Source: an uncultured delta proteobacterium
Lineage (GTDB): Bacteria > Myxococcota_A > Polyangia > Polyangiales > Polyangiaceae
DNA length: 64,000 nucleotides
NCBI GenBank assembly: GCA_963841435.1
Contig: CAWJCS010000005.1
Coordinates: 416,001-480,000, forward strand
Direction: 5' to 3'
In this document: positions 48,551 through 58,130 of the stretch, piece by piece
Layout of the letters: each line of letters opens with the position of its first letter
How positions within the stretch are numbered: the first letter of the stretch is position 1
Position numbers and translations under genes: made by a program
The notes under the pieces: generated by a model
Seen by the model: the letters and a program-made list of their open reading frames with translations, nothing else
The model's database searches: none
What the model was told of the DNA's origin: nothing

Positions 48551-48819
48551 CCCCTTTCGGCCTCGCCGGCTTCGCCGCCTGGAACGCGCTCGTGATCACG
48601 ATGTGCGCGCTCGCGCTCGTCGCTCTCCGTCGCCGGGCGAAGGGGGAGCGCTTCGTCCTCCAGCACGCGACGCAGGGCACATGACGGAGCTCGCAAACAC
48701 CACGCCAGGCAGGCTCGGGGACGGCACGGCGCCAAGCAGCGCTTGCGCGCACTCGGTGGGTTGCCGCAGCGTTTTCGCGCCACCCTGCTCCGTTGCCGGC
48801 AAAAATTAGCGCCGCCGCG

Positions 48820-48835
48820 TGGCACGCCCCGTGCA
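48820..48835 (+). promoter_or_regulatory. sigma54 promoter
   Basis: TGGCACGCCCCGTGCA, followed by a GGAGG RBS and the ATG at 48860. Confidence 0.68.
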
Positions 48836-48859
48836 CGGTGTTTCCTCCGGAGGCCAGCC

Positions 48860-49271
48860 ATGATCGCAAGAGAAATCATGACCCCGGATCCGTACACCGT
48901 GAGCGTCACGACGAACCTGCGTCAGGTGCTGCGAGCGCTCCGGGAAGCGGACGTGCGCCACCTACCCGTGGTGGAAAACGATGCGCTCGTCGGCATCATC
49001 AGTGATCGCGACCTTCGCGACGTCGTGCCGGACGCGCTGTCGTCGTTTGCGAGCCCCGGACGCATCGAGGAGATCCTCGCGCGCCCGGCGAGCACGCTCA
49101 TGACGGCCAGCGTCGTGTCCGTGAATCCCGAGACCGAGCTCCCGGAAGTCATCGACTTGATGATCGAAAATCGCGTGGGCGCCGTGCCCGTCGTCGAGGC
49201 CGATAGCTCGAAGCTCGTGGGCATCGTGAGCTACGTTGAACGTGTTGCGCGCCGCGCGCGACGCTGTCTGA
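48860..49271 (+). CDS. CBS-pair protein (one-base frameshift near the C-terminus)
   Basis: REIMTPDP..VRHLPVV..GIISDRDL..VGAVPVV..GIVSYV; removing one A near 49240 gives YVDVLRAARDAV*. Confidence 0.88.
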
Positions 49272-49280
49272 CGGCCCCCA

Positions 49281-50288
49281 TCAGGCGCCCGGCGCGTCGT
49301 CCGGCCGAAAGGAGGACAGCACACGCAGGTAATTCGCGCGCTCGTACACCCCCGGATCGGGGCAGCGCGAAAGGTTCATGCTGCCCTTGGCCTGGCGGAG
49401 AGATTCGTAGTCATGCTCTTCGAGCCACCTGACGAGCTCGGCGCGAATCTCGCCGAAACGGCGTGGGCCGTGCTTGAGGATCTCGGAGACGAGCTGCACG
49501 GCGTCGGCACCCGCCATGATCGCCTTGAGCGCGTCGAGCATCCCGTGCACGCCGCCGCTCACGCCGAGCGAAACCTCGAGCTGCGCCGACAGGATGGCGA
49601 GCCACCTCAGCCGCAAGAGCAGCTCCGAGGAGCTCGAGAGCTCGAGACGATGCGCGACCTCGAGCTCCTCGACGTCGATGTCGGGCTGGTAGAAACGGTT
49701 GAACAGCACGAGACCGTCCGCGCGAGCGTTCGCGAGCCGTGCCGCGAAGCTCGCAAGCGAGGTATAGAACGGCGAGAGCTTAATGGCGATCGGAAGCTTG
49801 GTGTAGCCCTTCACGCTCGTGAGCATGTCAACGGTGGTCTTCTCGATCTCCTCGGCCGAAGCTTCGGGGTCGCTCGCCACGCGGTACACGTTGAGCTCGA
49901 GCGCGTCCGCGCCCGCCTGGTCGACGAGGCGCGCGTATTCGAGCCAGCCTCGATTGGTCACACCGTTGAGCGACGCGATGACCGGCACCCGAACGGCGCT
50001 CTTGATGCGACGAAGCTGCTCCAGGTACTCGTTGGGCCCGAGCGCGAACTCGGCGCGATGCGGCCGAAAATACAGCGCCTCGGCGAAGGAGTCGTCGTGG
50101 CTCGCGACAGCGCGGGAGGCGGCGTGCTCGAGCGCGATCTGCTCCTCGAACAGGGAGTGCATGACGATGGCCGCGGCGCCGGCGTCCTCGGCGCGCCGCA
50201 CGGCGTCCAGGTCGTTGACGAGCGGAGAGGCGCCGAGCACGAGCGGATGCGGCAACTCGAGGCCCAGGTACGTCGTCGAGAGATCCAT
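49281..50288 (-). CDS. Dihydroorotate dehydrogenase-like flavoprotein
   Basis: MDLSTTYLGLEL, SLFEEQI, PVIASLNG, ALELNVY, KLSPFY, LFNRFYQPDID. Confidence 0.92.
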   Translation of the reverse strand: MDLSTTYLGLELPHPLVLGASPLVNDLDAVRRAEDAGAAAIVMHSLFEEQIALEHAASRAVASHDDSFAEALYFRPHRAEFALGPNEYLEQLRRIKSAVRVPVIASLNGVTNRGWLEYARLVDQAGADALELNVYRVASDPEASAEEIEKTTVDMLTSVKGYTKLPIAIKLSPFYTSLASFAARLANARADGLVLFNRFYQPDIDVEELEVAHRLELSSSSELLLRLRWLAILSAQLEVSLGVSGGVHGMLDALKAIMAGADAVQLVSEILKHGPRRFGEIRAELVRWLEEHDYESLRQAKGSMNLSRCPDPGVYERANYLRVLSSFRPDDAPGA

Positions 50289-53200
50289 CAGCTCGTCTCC
50301 TTTTGGGCGCCGCCCTGGCGGATTGCCGAGAGCGCGGAGTAGAGCGCGATGCGATGCTCCACGTCACGCTCGGCGGCTTTCAGTAGCCGTTCGTAGCGGG
50401 CGGGGTCGAGCCGCTTCACGGCGTGGAAGCGCGCTTCGCCCGCCATGTACTCGCGTGCCTTCGCCTTGCCCGGCACCGCGTCGAGCGTGAGCGGTGGCTC
50501 ACCGGCGGCGAGCCTGCGCGGGTCGAAGCGGAACAGCGGCCAGACGCCCGAATCGACGGCGAGTCGCTGCTGCCGCGCGCCAAAGGCGAGATCGTAGCCA
50601 TGCGCGATGCAGTGCGAGTACGCGATCACGAGCGAGGGGCCGGGGTGCGCCTCCGCTTCGACGAGCGCGCGAACCGTCTGCGCGTCGCGCGCCCCGAACG
50701 CCACGCGCGCCACGTAGACGTGCCCGTAGCTCATGGCGTGAAGCCCGAGATCCTTCTTCTCGGCGTCGCGGCCGAGTACCGCGAACTTGGCGGCCGCGCC
50801 GCGCGGCGTCGCCTTCGACTTCTGGCCACCGGTGTTCGAGTACACCTCGGTGTCGAGCACGAGCACGTTCACGTCGAGGTCCGACGAGAGCACGTGGTCG
50901 AGCCCGCCGAACCCGATGTCGTACGCCCAGCCGTCGCCTCCCACGATCCAGACGCTCTTTTTCACGAGCTCGTCGGCGACCTCGCCGAGGTGCCGAGCCT
51001 CCGGACGCGAGATCCCGCCGAGGGCCGCTCGCAGCGTCGTCACGCGCTCGCGCTGCTCGACGAGGCCGGCCTCGCTCGTCTGGTCGGCGCCGAGCAGGGC
51101 CGCGACGAGCGCTGGGTCGAGCTCGCCCGAGAGCGATTCGAGCAGCGTCCGCGCCTGCCGAGCCCGGGCGTCCAACGCGAGGCGCATGCCGAATCCGAAC
51201 TCGGCGTTGTCCTCGAACAGCGAGTTCGCCCAGGCGGGGCCGCGACCATCCGCGCGCGCCGCCCAGGGCGTCGTCGGGAGGTTGCCGCCGTAGATCGAGG
51301 AGCAGCCCGTCGCGTTGGCGACGAGCAGCCGGTCGCCGAAGAGCTGCGTCAAAAGCTTGAGATACGGTGTTTCGCCGCAACCCGAGCACGCCCCGGAGTA
51401 CTCGAAGAGCGGCTCGAGCAGCTGAGAGCCCTTGACGTCGAGATGCACGCGGCGCCGGTCCATCTCCGGCAGCGAAAGGAAGAACTCGTAGCGCTCGCGG
51501 AGCGCCTCGAGCGTGTCTCCGATCGGCGTCATGTCGATCGCCTTGTGACGCGGATTGCTCTTGTCCTTCGCGGGGCACACCTCGACGCAGAGCCGGCAGC
51601 CCGTGCAGTCCTCGGCTGCAACGGCGAGCGCGTACTTCTCGCCGGGGAAGTCGTGGCCCTTCCACGCGGTCGCCGCGAAACCGGCGGGCGCCTTCAGAAG
51701 CTCGGGCTCGGCGAAAACCTTGGCCCGAATGGCGGCGTGCGGGCACGCGAGCACGCATTTGTTGCACTGGATGCAGAGCGCCGCGTCCCACGCCGGAACG
51801 CTCGTCGTGAGTCGGCGCTTCTCGAACCGGCTCGTGCCGACCGGCCACACGCCGTCCACGGGAAAGGCGCTCACGGGCAGTCGATCACCCCGCCCGGCGA
51901 TCATCGCCGCCGTCACGTGCTTCACGAAGTCGGGCGCAGCGTCCGACACGGGCGGCCGCCGCGGCTTGCCGTCAGGGAGCGCGGCCGGCAGCGCGAGCTC
52001 GACGAGCGCGCCCTCCGCTCCGGCAACGGCAGCGAGGTTCTGGCGAATCACCTCCGGTCCACCCTTTTCGTAGCCGTGCTGGATGGCCTCCTTCATGCCG
52101 AGCCTCGCCACCTCGGCGGGCAGGAGCCGCGAAACGGCGAAGAAGCAGGCTTGCATCACGGTGTTGATGTGACGACCGAGCCCGGCCTCGCGAGCCACGC
52201 GATAGCCGTCGATCGCGAACACCCTGAGCCTTCGCGTGACGATCTCCTGCATCACCTCGCGAGACAGGCGCGAGAACGTCTCCTCGGGTGAAAACGGCAC
52301 GTTGAGCAGCAGCACGGCTCCCGGACGCGCGTGCTCGACGACGGGCATGCGATCGAGCAGCTCGAACTGGTGGCAGCCGACGAAGTCGGCCTGCGTGACG
52401 AGGTACGGCCGCCCGATCGGGTGCTTGGCGAACCTGAGGTGCGACACCGTCACGGCGCCCGCCTTCTTCGAATCGTAAACGAAGAATCCCTGCACCTCGT
52501 GCTCGCCGCGATCCCCGACGATCTTGATCGTGCTCTTGCTGGCGCCCACCGTGCCGTCCGACCCCAGCCCGAAGAACACGGCCTCGTAGGTGCCCTCGTG
52601 CTCGAGCTCGAGCTCCACGTTGACGTCGAGCGACTCGTGCGTCACGTCGTTGACGATGCCGAGCGAAAAATGCCGGCGCGGTGCCGCGCGAGCGAGCTCG
52701 TCGACCACGGCCTTGACCATGGTGGGCGTGAGCTCCTTCGACGAAAGCCCGTATCGACCGCCGCTGACGGACACCTCCGGGCGACCCGCCTCGGCGAGCG
52801 CGCCCACGATGTCGAGGTAGAGCGGCTCGCCGACGGCCCCGGGTTCCTTGGTGCGATCGAGCACCGCGATGCGCCGCACCGACCGTGGCAGCGCTCGTGC
52901 GAAGCGCTCGACCGAGAACGGCCGATACAGGCACACCTTGACGGCACCCACACGCTCACCGCGCGCCGCGAGCGCGCTCACCGTCTCCGCGACGGTCGTC
53001 GCCGCCGACCCCATGGCCACGACGACGCGCTCGGCCTCGGGATGCCCCGCGTATTCGAAGAGGGCGTGCCTTCGTCCCGTGCGCTGGAACAGCCGCTCCA
53101 TCGAGCGCTCCACGACGTCGGGACAGGCAGCATAGAATCGGTTCACGGCTTCGCGCGCCTGAAAATAAGTATCGGGGTTGTGCGCCGTACCCCGGACGCT

Positions 53201-53842
53201 CGGACGCTCCGGCGTGAGCGCGGCACGGTGCCGCGCGCTGAGCCAGTCGTCGTCGAGCAAGGCGCGCAGATCGTCGTCGCTAAGCTCGTCGACGGGCGAG
53301 AGCTCGTGCGAGGTGCGAAAGCCGTCGAAAAAATGCAGAAACGGCACGCGGCTCTCGAGCGTGGCCGCGTGCGCGATGGCCGCGAAATCGTGCGCTTCCT
53401 GGCCGCCGGACGCCGCGAGCATGGCAAAGCCCGTCTGCCGGCACGCCATCACGTCGGAATGGTCGCCGAAGATGCTGAGCGCGTGCGTCGCCACGGTGCG
53501 CGCCGCAACGTGAATCACGCAGGGCAAGAGCTCGCCCGCGACCTTGTAGAGGTTCGGTATCATGAGCAGGAGGCCCTGCGACGCCGTGAAGGTCGTCGCG
53601 AGAGCACCTGCCTGCAGCGCGCCGTGAACGGTGCCCGCCGCTCCGCCCTCCGACTGGAGCTCCATGACCGTGGGCACCGAGCCCCACAGATTTTTTTGCT
53701 CGCGCGACGACCACTCGTCCGAAAGCTCGCCCATGGGCGAGGCCGGCGTGATCGGATAGATCCCGATCACTTCGTTGAGGCGGTAAGCCACCGACGCGAC
53801 CGCCTCGTTCGCGTCCATCGTCCTTCTGCGGCGCACGGGCAT
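50288..53842 (-). CDS. nifJ: Pyruvate:ferredoxin/flavodoxin oxidoreductase
   Basis: YPITP, QSEGGAAG, FTASQGLLLMIPN, two CxxCxxC...CP ferredoxin motifs, EYSGACSGCGETPY, GGDGWAYDIG. Confidence 0.96.
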   Translation of the reverse strand: MPVRRRRTMDANEAVASVAYRLNEVIGIYPITPASPMGELSDEWSSREQKNLWGSVPTVMELQSEGGAAGTVHGALQAGALATTFTASQGLLLMIPNLYKVAGELLPCVIHVAARTVATHALSIFGDHSDVMACRQTGFAMLAASGGQEAHDFAAIAHAATLESRVPFLHFFDGFRTSHELSPVDELSDDDLRALLDDDWLSARHRAALTPERPSVRGTAHNPDTYFQAREAVNRFYAACPDVVERSMERLFQRTGRRHALFEYAGHPEAERVVVAMGSAATTVAETVSALAARGERVGAVKVCLYRPFSVERFARALPRSVRRIAVLDRTKEPGAVGEPLYLDIVGALAEAGRPEVSVSGGRYGLSSKELTPTMVKAVVDELARAAPRRHFSLGIVNDVTHESLDVNVELELEHEGTYEAVFFGLGSDGTVGASKSTIKIVGDRGEHEVQGFFVYDSKKAGAVTVSHLRFAKHPIGRPYLVTQADFVGCHQFELLDRMPVVEHARPGAVLLLNVPFSPEETFSRLSREVMQEIVTRRLRVFAIDGYRVAREAGLGRHINTVMQACFFAVSRLLPAEVARLGMKEAIQHGYEKGGPEVIRQNLAAVAGAEGALVELALPAALPDGKPRRPPVSDAAPDFVKHVTAAMIAGRGDRLPVSAFPVDGVWPVGTSRFEKRRLTTSVPAWDAALCIQCNKCVLACPHAAIRAKVFAEPELLKAPAGFAATAWKGHDFPGEKYALAVAAEDCTGCRLCVEVCPAKDKSNPRHKAIDMTPIGDTLEALRERYEFFLSLPEMDRRRVHLDVKGSQLLEPLFEYSGACSGCGETPYLKLLTQLFGDRLLVANATGCSSIYGGNLPTTPWAARADGRGPAWANSLFEDNAEFGFGMRLALDARARQARTLLESLSGELDPALVAALLGADQTSEAGLVEQRERVTTLRAALGGISRPEARHLGEVADELVKKSVWIVGGDGWAYDIGFGGLDHVLSSDLDVNVLVLDTEVYSNTGGQKSKATPRGAAAKFAVLGRDAEKKDLGLHAMSYGHVYVARVAFGARDAQTVRALVEAEAHPGPSLVIAYSHCIAHGYDLAFGARQQRLAVDSGVWPLFRFDPRRLAAGEPPLTLDAVPGKAKAREYMAGEARFHAVKRLDPARYERLLKAAERDVEHRIALYSALSAIRQGGAQKETS

Positions 53843-53855
53843 CGTCACGGGGCCG

Positions 53856-53871
53856 TGCAGGGTTCGTGCCC
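53856..53871 (-). promoter_or_regulatory. sigma54 promoter of nifJ
   Basis: Minus strand GGGCACGAACCCTGCA, ending 13 nt before the ATG. Confidence 0.62.
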
Positions 53872-53986
53872 GCGAGCAACTCGCGTTCACATCGAGCAAG
53901 CCGCGGCGCGCACGCGCAAAAGTTGCGTCGCCCCGCCGACAACGGCGCTTTCTGCGCCCCTCACGCGTCATGCATGCGATTCTCGC

Positions 53987-54002
53987 TGGCGCGCTCCTTG
54001 CC
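53987..54002 (+). promoter_or_regulatory. sigma54 promoter of the acetyl-CoA hydrolase operon
   Basis: TGGCGCGCTCCTTGCC, divergent from the nifJ promoter. Confidence 0.65.
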
Positions 54003-54024
54003 CGGTCGTGCCGCGTTCCCTCCT

Positions 54025-55875
54025 ATGCGAGATGTCTCCTTCGACCAGCGTTACCGCGCGCGCCTGCTCTCGCCGGCCGAGGCAATCGGCAAGATCGCTC
54101 CGGGGCGCCGCATCCTCATCGGGTCGGGCGCCGCCGAGCCGACGACGCTCGTCGCCGCGCTCGCCGAGCACGGTGCCCACCTCTCGGACAACGAGATCGT
54201 GCACCTGCTCACGCTCGGCCCCGCGCCCTACGTTCGTGCCGAGCTCGCGGCACGTTTCCGGCATACCGCGTTCTTCATTGGCCCGAACACCCGCGAAGCG
54301 GTGCAGGCCGGGCGGGCCGACTTCATGCCGGTGTTCCTTTCGGAGGTTCCGCGGCTCATTCGCTCTCGCCGCGTGCGCATCGACGTCGTGCTGCTGCAGG
54401 TGACGCCGCCCGACAAGCACGGCCAGGTGAGCCTCGGCGTCTCCGTCGACGTTGTGCGGGCGGCGGTTGACGCCGCGGACCTCGTGATCGCCGAGGTGAA
54501 CCCGAACATGCCCCGAACACTGGGTGACACCGTCGTGAACGCGGAAGACATCGACTGGCTCGTCCCCGTCAACACGCCCATCCTCGAGCTAACGCCCGAC
54601 CCCCCCGACGAGACGACGCTCGCGATCGGACGCCAGGTCGCGAGCCTGATCCCCGACGGCGCGACGCTCCAGACGGGCATCGGCGGCATCCCGCACGCCG
54701 TGCTAAAGGCCCTCGAGAATCGACGCGATCTCGGCGTCCACACGGAAATGCTGTCGGACAGCGTCGTCGATCTCGTCGAGGCCGGCGTGATCACCGGCCG
54801 CAAGAAGACCCTCTTGCCCGGCAAGGTCGTCACGTCGTTCGTGATGGGTACGCGACGCCTCTACGACTGGGTCAACGACAACCCGAGCGTGGAGCTCCGC
54901 CCGAGCGACTTCACGAACGACCCGTTCGTGATCGCGCGAAACGACAATATGATCGCCATCAACTCGGCGCTCGCCGTTGACCTCACGGGGCAGGTCGCGG
55001 CGGACACGATCGCCGGTCGCTTCTTTTCCGGGATCGGCGGCCAGGTCGACTTCATCCGCGGCGCGGCGCGCAGTCGGGGCGGTAAGCCCATCATCGCGCT
55101 GCCTTCGACCGCCAAGCAGGGCAGCGTGAGCCGCATCCAGCCCGTGCTCGAAGCGGGCGCTGGCGTCGTGACGAGCCGCGGCGACGTTCACTACGTGGTC
55201 ACTGAGTACGGCGTGGCGGACCTCTGGGGCCGCAACATCCGCGAGCGAGCGAACGCGCTCGTCGAGATAGCTCACCCCAGCTTTCGCGCGGAGTTGATGA
55301 ACGCCGCGAAGGAGCGCCACTACGTCTTCGCGAACCAGGTCGTGCCACGCGGCGAGCCGCCCTGGCAGGCCGAGTCGAGCGTCACCCTCGCCCGGGGGGA
55401 GCTCGTGCACCTCCGCGCCGTGCGCATGGCCGACGAGGACTCCCTCAAACGGCTATTTTACCAGCTTTCGGACGAGAGCGTCTACGAGCGGTTTCTCTGC
55501 CACAAGCGCAGTCACCCCCACGACGAGATCATGGCGCTCGTCAACGTCGACTACGAGACGAGCATGGCGCTCGTCGGCGAGATCGAGCGCGGCGAGGAAC
55601 GGGAGATCGTCGCCATGGCGCGCTACGACGTCAACCCGGCAACGCGCCTCGGCGACGTCGCGCTCGTCGTGCTCGATGCCTATCAGGGTCAGGGGCTCGG
55701 GACGTCACTCTTCCGGCGCCTCGCCGAGCTCGCTCGCGCGCGTGGCATTCTCGGTTTCACCGCCGACGTGCTACCGACGAACGCTCGCATGCTCGCGATT
55801 TTCAACAAGAGCGGGCTCAAGGTCGAGAGCCGGCTGGACGCAGGGCTCTTTCGCGTGCGGATGGAGATCGAATGA
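54025..55875 (+). CDS. Acetyl-CoA hydrolase/CoA-transferase fused to a C-terminal GNAT domain
   Basis: LQTGIGGIP, LGVHTEM, SGIGGQVDF.RGA, VVTEYGVA; GNAT YQGQGLG, N.RML. Confidence 0.93.
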   Translation: MRDVSFDQRYRARLLSPAEAIGKIAPGRRILIGSGAAEPTTLVAALAEHGAHLSDNEIVHLLTLGPAPYVRAELAARFRHTAFFIGPNTREAVQAGRADFMPVFLSEVPRLIRSRRVRIDVVLLQVTPPDKHGQVSLGVSVDVVRAAVDAADLVIAEVNPNMPRTLGDTVVNAEDIDWLVPVNTPILELTPDPPDETTLAIGRQVASLIPDGATLQTGIGGIPHAVLKALENRRDLGVHTEMLSDSVVDLVEAGVITGRKKTLLPGKVVTSFVMGTRRLYDWVNDNPSVELRPSDFTNDPFVIARNDNMIAINSALAVDLTGQVAADTIAGRFFSGIGGQVDFIRGAARSRGGKPIIALPSTAKQGSVSRIQPVLEAGAGVVTSRGDVHYVVTEYGVADLWGRNIRERANALVEIAHPSFRAELMNAAKERHYVFANQVVPRGEPPWQAESSVTLARGELVHLRAVRMADEDSLKRLFYQLSDESVYERFLCHKRSHPHDEIMALVNVDYETSMALVGEIERGEEREIVAMARYDVNPATRLGDVALVVLDAYQGQGLGTSLFRRLAELARARGILGFTADVLPTNARMLAIFNKSGLKVESRLDAGLFRVRMEIE

Positions 55876-56498
55876 CGGTCGCTCGGAGCACGGCGAGCCC
55901 GAGCAAGCGCTGCCGGCTCGTGCTCACGGGAGGGCCGGGCGGCGGCAAGACCACGGCGGCCGACCTCTTCCGTCGCGAGCTCGGCGAACGGGTCGTCGTC
56001 GTGCCGGAGTCCGCGACGATCCTGTTCGCGGGCGGGTTCCCGCGCACGCACGAGCCGGACGCGAGGCGCGCGGTCCAGAAGGCGATCTTCCACGTCCAGC
56101 GCAACATCGAAGACGTGCAGTCGGCGCTCTTCCCCGACCGCGTGTTGCTCTGCGACCGCGGCACGATCGACGGCGCCGCGTACTGGCCCGACGGTGAGGC
56201 GGAGTTCTTCGAGGCGATGGCGACGAGCTTCGAGGCGGAGCTCGGACGCTACGACGCCGTCGTGTTCTTCGAGACGGCCGCGATTGCTGGCAAATCCATC
56301 GAAGGCGGCAATCCCACGAGGAACGAAACGTTGGCGGAGGCGGTCGACCTCGATCGTCGCTTGCGCGAGCTCTGGTCACGCCACCCCCGCTTCTTGCTCG
56401 TTCCCCACACACCCTCCTTCATGCACAAGATCGGCACGGGGCTCGCGCTGCTCGAAAGCCTCGTCGCCGAGCTCGGCCCCGTCGTCGCCGAGCCGTGA
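55872..56498 (+). CDS. AAA_28/NadR-like ATP-binding protein
   Basis: VLTGGPGGGKTT, PESAT, CDRGTIDG.AY, NPTRNE; ATGA overlap. Confidence 0.85.
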   Translation: MTVARSTASPSKRCRLVLTGGPGGGKTTAADLFRRELGERVVVVPESATILFAGGFPRTHEPDARRAVQKAIFHVQRNIEDVQSALFPDRVLLCDRGTIDGAAYWPDGEAEFFEAMATSFEAELGRYDAVVFFETAAIAGKSIEGGNPTRNETLAEAVDLDRRLRELWSRHPRFLLVPHTPSFMHKIGTGLALLESLVAELGPVVAEP

Positions 56499-56564
56499 CC
56501 CCCTTTCCGGGGTCGCGCGCCGCAGCGGTTGACGTCGCCTTGCCGGAGGCAAACGCTCGCGACC

Positions 56565-57647
56565 ATGCACCTCCTGATCAACACGGGCGGGGGTGACGCC
56601 CCGGGCCTCAATGCGGTGATCCGCGCCGTGACGCTGTCGGCCGTGCGTCGCGGTTTTCGTGTGACCGGAATTCGCCGCGGTTACTCCGGGCTGCTCGAGG
56701 AGGGCAGCGGCGGGCTCGTCACTCTCGATCGCGACGTCGTGCGCGGCATCGCCGACCGTGGCGGAACGCTACTCGGCACCGTGAACCAGGGCCAGCCCTT
56801 CGCGCGACCAGTGAAAGGGGCCGACGGCTCCGTCGTGCTCAGCGACGACAGTGATCTCGTCATGCGGCGTTACCGCGAGCTCGGCGCCGACGGGCTCATC
56901 GCGCTCGGCGGCGACGGGAGCCTCGGCATCGCCGCGCGTTTCCAGGAAAAGGGCATGAACGTCCTCCTCGTACCGAAGACGATCGACAACGATCTCGGCG
57001 GGACGGAGGTGACCTTCGGGTTCGACAGCGCAATGAGCTTCGCGACCGAAGCCGTCGGGCGACTCCATTCGACGGCCGAAGCGCACGGGCGCGTCATGGT
57101 GATCGAGCTCATGGGCCGCTACGCTGGCTGGCTTTCGCTCTACGCGGGTCTTGCCGGCGCGGCACATGCCATCTTGCTGCCCGAGATCGACTTCGACATC
57201 GACAAGGTGTGCGCCTCGCTCGTGCACCGCTGGAACACCGAGCGGCCGTTCGCCGTCGTCGTCGTCGCGGAGGGAGCGAAGCCACGGGGCGGCGCGTTCG
57301 TGCTCAAGGGCGAGGAGCCGGGCAAGGAGCCGACGCTCGGCGGCGTCGGGGCACTCGTCGCAAGCGAGATTGCTCGGCGTACCGGGCTCGAGACGCGCAG
57401 CCTCGTGCTCGGCCACCTGCAGCGCGGCGGCCCGCCGACCCCGGCCGACCGGCTCCTTTCGCTACGCTATGGCGGCGAGGCCGTGCGGCTCGCGGCGGCG
57501 GGGCAATGGGGCCGCATGCTGTCGTGGCGGCCGCCGCACATGACGTTGATCCCGCTCGGCGACGCGCTTTCGCTGCGCCACACCGTGCCACCGGACAACG
57601 ACGCCCTGCTCACGGCGCGCGACTTCGGCATCTGCTTCGGCGATTGA
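56565..57647 (+). CDS. pfkA: 6-phosphofructokinase (mixed-substrate clade, probably ATP-dependent)
   Basis: TGGGDAPGLNAVIR, GGTLLGT, GGDGS, PKTIDND, MGR, LGHLQRGG. Confidence 0.93.
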   Translation: MHLLINTGGGDAPGLNAVIRAVTLSAVRRGFRVTGIRRGYSGLLEEGSGGLVTLDRDVVRGIADRGGTLLGTVNQGQPFARPVKGADGSVVLSDDSDLVMRRYRELGADGLIALGGDGSLGIAARFQEKGMNVLLVPKTIDNDLGGTEVTFGFDSAMSFATEAVGRLHSTAEAHGRVMVIELMGRYAGWLSLYAGLAGAAHAILLPEIDFDIDKVCASLVHRWNTERPFAVVVVAEGAKPRGGAFVLKGEEPGKEPTLGGVGALVASEIARRTGLETRSLVLGHLQRGGPPTPADRLLSLRYGGEAVRLAAAGQWGRMLSWRPPHMTLIPLGDALSLRHTVPPDNDALLTARDFGICFGD

Positions 57648-57677
57648 GGCGACCCTACGGGGTCGCGACCCTGCGGA

Positions 57678-58130
57678 TCAGGCGGGCGTGCGCGTGCCGG
57701 AACCGACGCGCTGGTCGCCGTGAATCGTGACGTTGCCCTCGGTGTCGAGGGCGACGGCGAAGTGTGCGAGCGGATCACGCGCGGGGCCCTGTTGGACGTT
57801 GCCGTTGGCATCGAAACGACTGCCGTGACACGAGCAGTAGACGCCCGTCGCGCCGACGTTGCCGTCGATGGCCATGTTGCAGCCCTGGTGCGGACAGGTG
57901 AGCGTCATGGCGTAGAAGCCCTTGCCGTCGCGCCCGAGCGCCACGGGGAGCGTGCCCACGGCTTCCAGGCTGCCGACCGCATAGCTTGCCGCCGCCCCCA
58001 CCGAGACGTCGTGCACGGGCTCCGGCTCGACGCCCGCGGGCGCACCGCAGGCGACGACGCCCAGCGTGCTCGCGCCCGCGGACGCCACGACCTCGAGAAA
58101 TCGACGACGGGATGGATCACTTTTTGTCAT
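57678..58130 (-). CDS. Rieske [2Fe-2S] protein with a Tat/lipoprotein signal
   Basis: SRRRFL, GVVAC; CPHQGC and CSCHGSRF..G..GPA..PL. Confidence 0.93.
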   Translation of the reverse strand: MTKSDPSRRRFLEVVASAGASTLGVVACGAPAGVEPEPVHDVSVGAAASYAVGSLEAVGTLPVALGRDGKGFYAMTLTCPHQGCNMAIDGNVGATGVYCSCHGSRFDANGNVQQGPARDPLAHFAVALDTEGNVTIHGDQRVGSGTRTPA

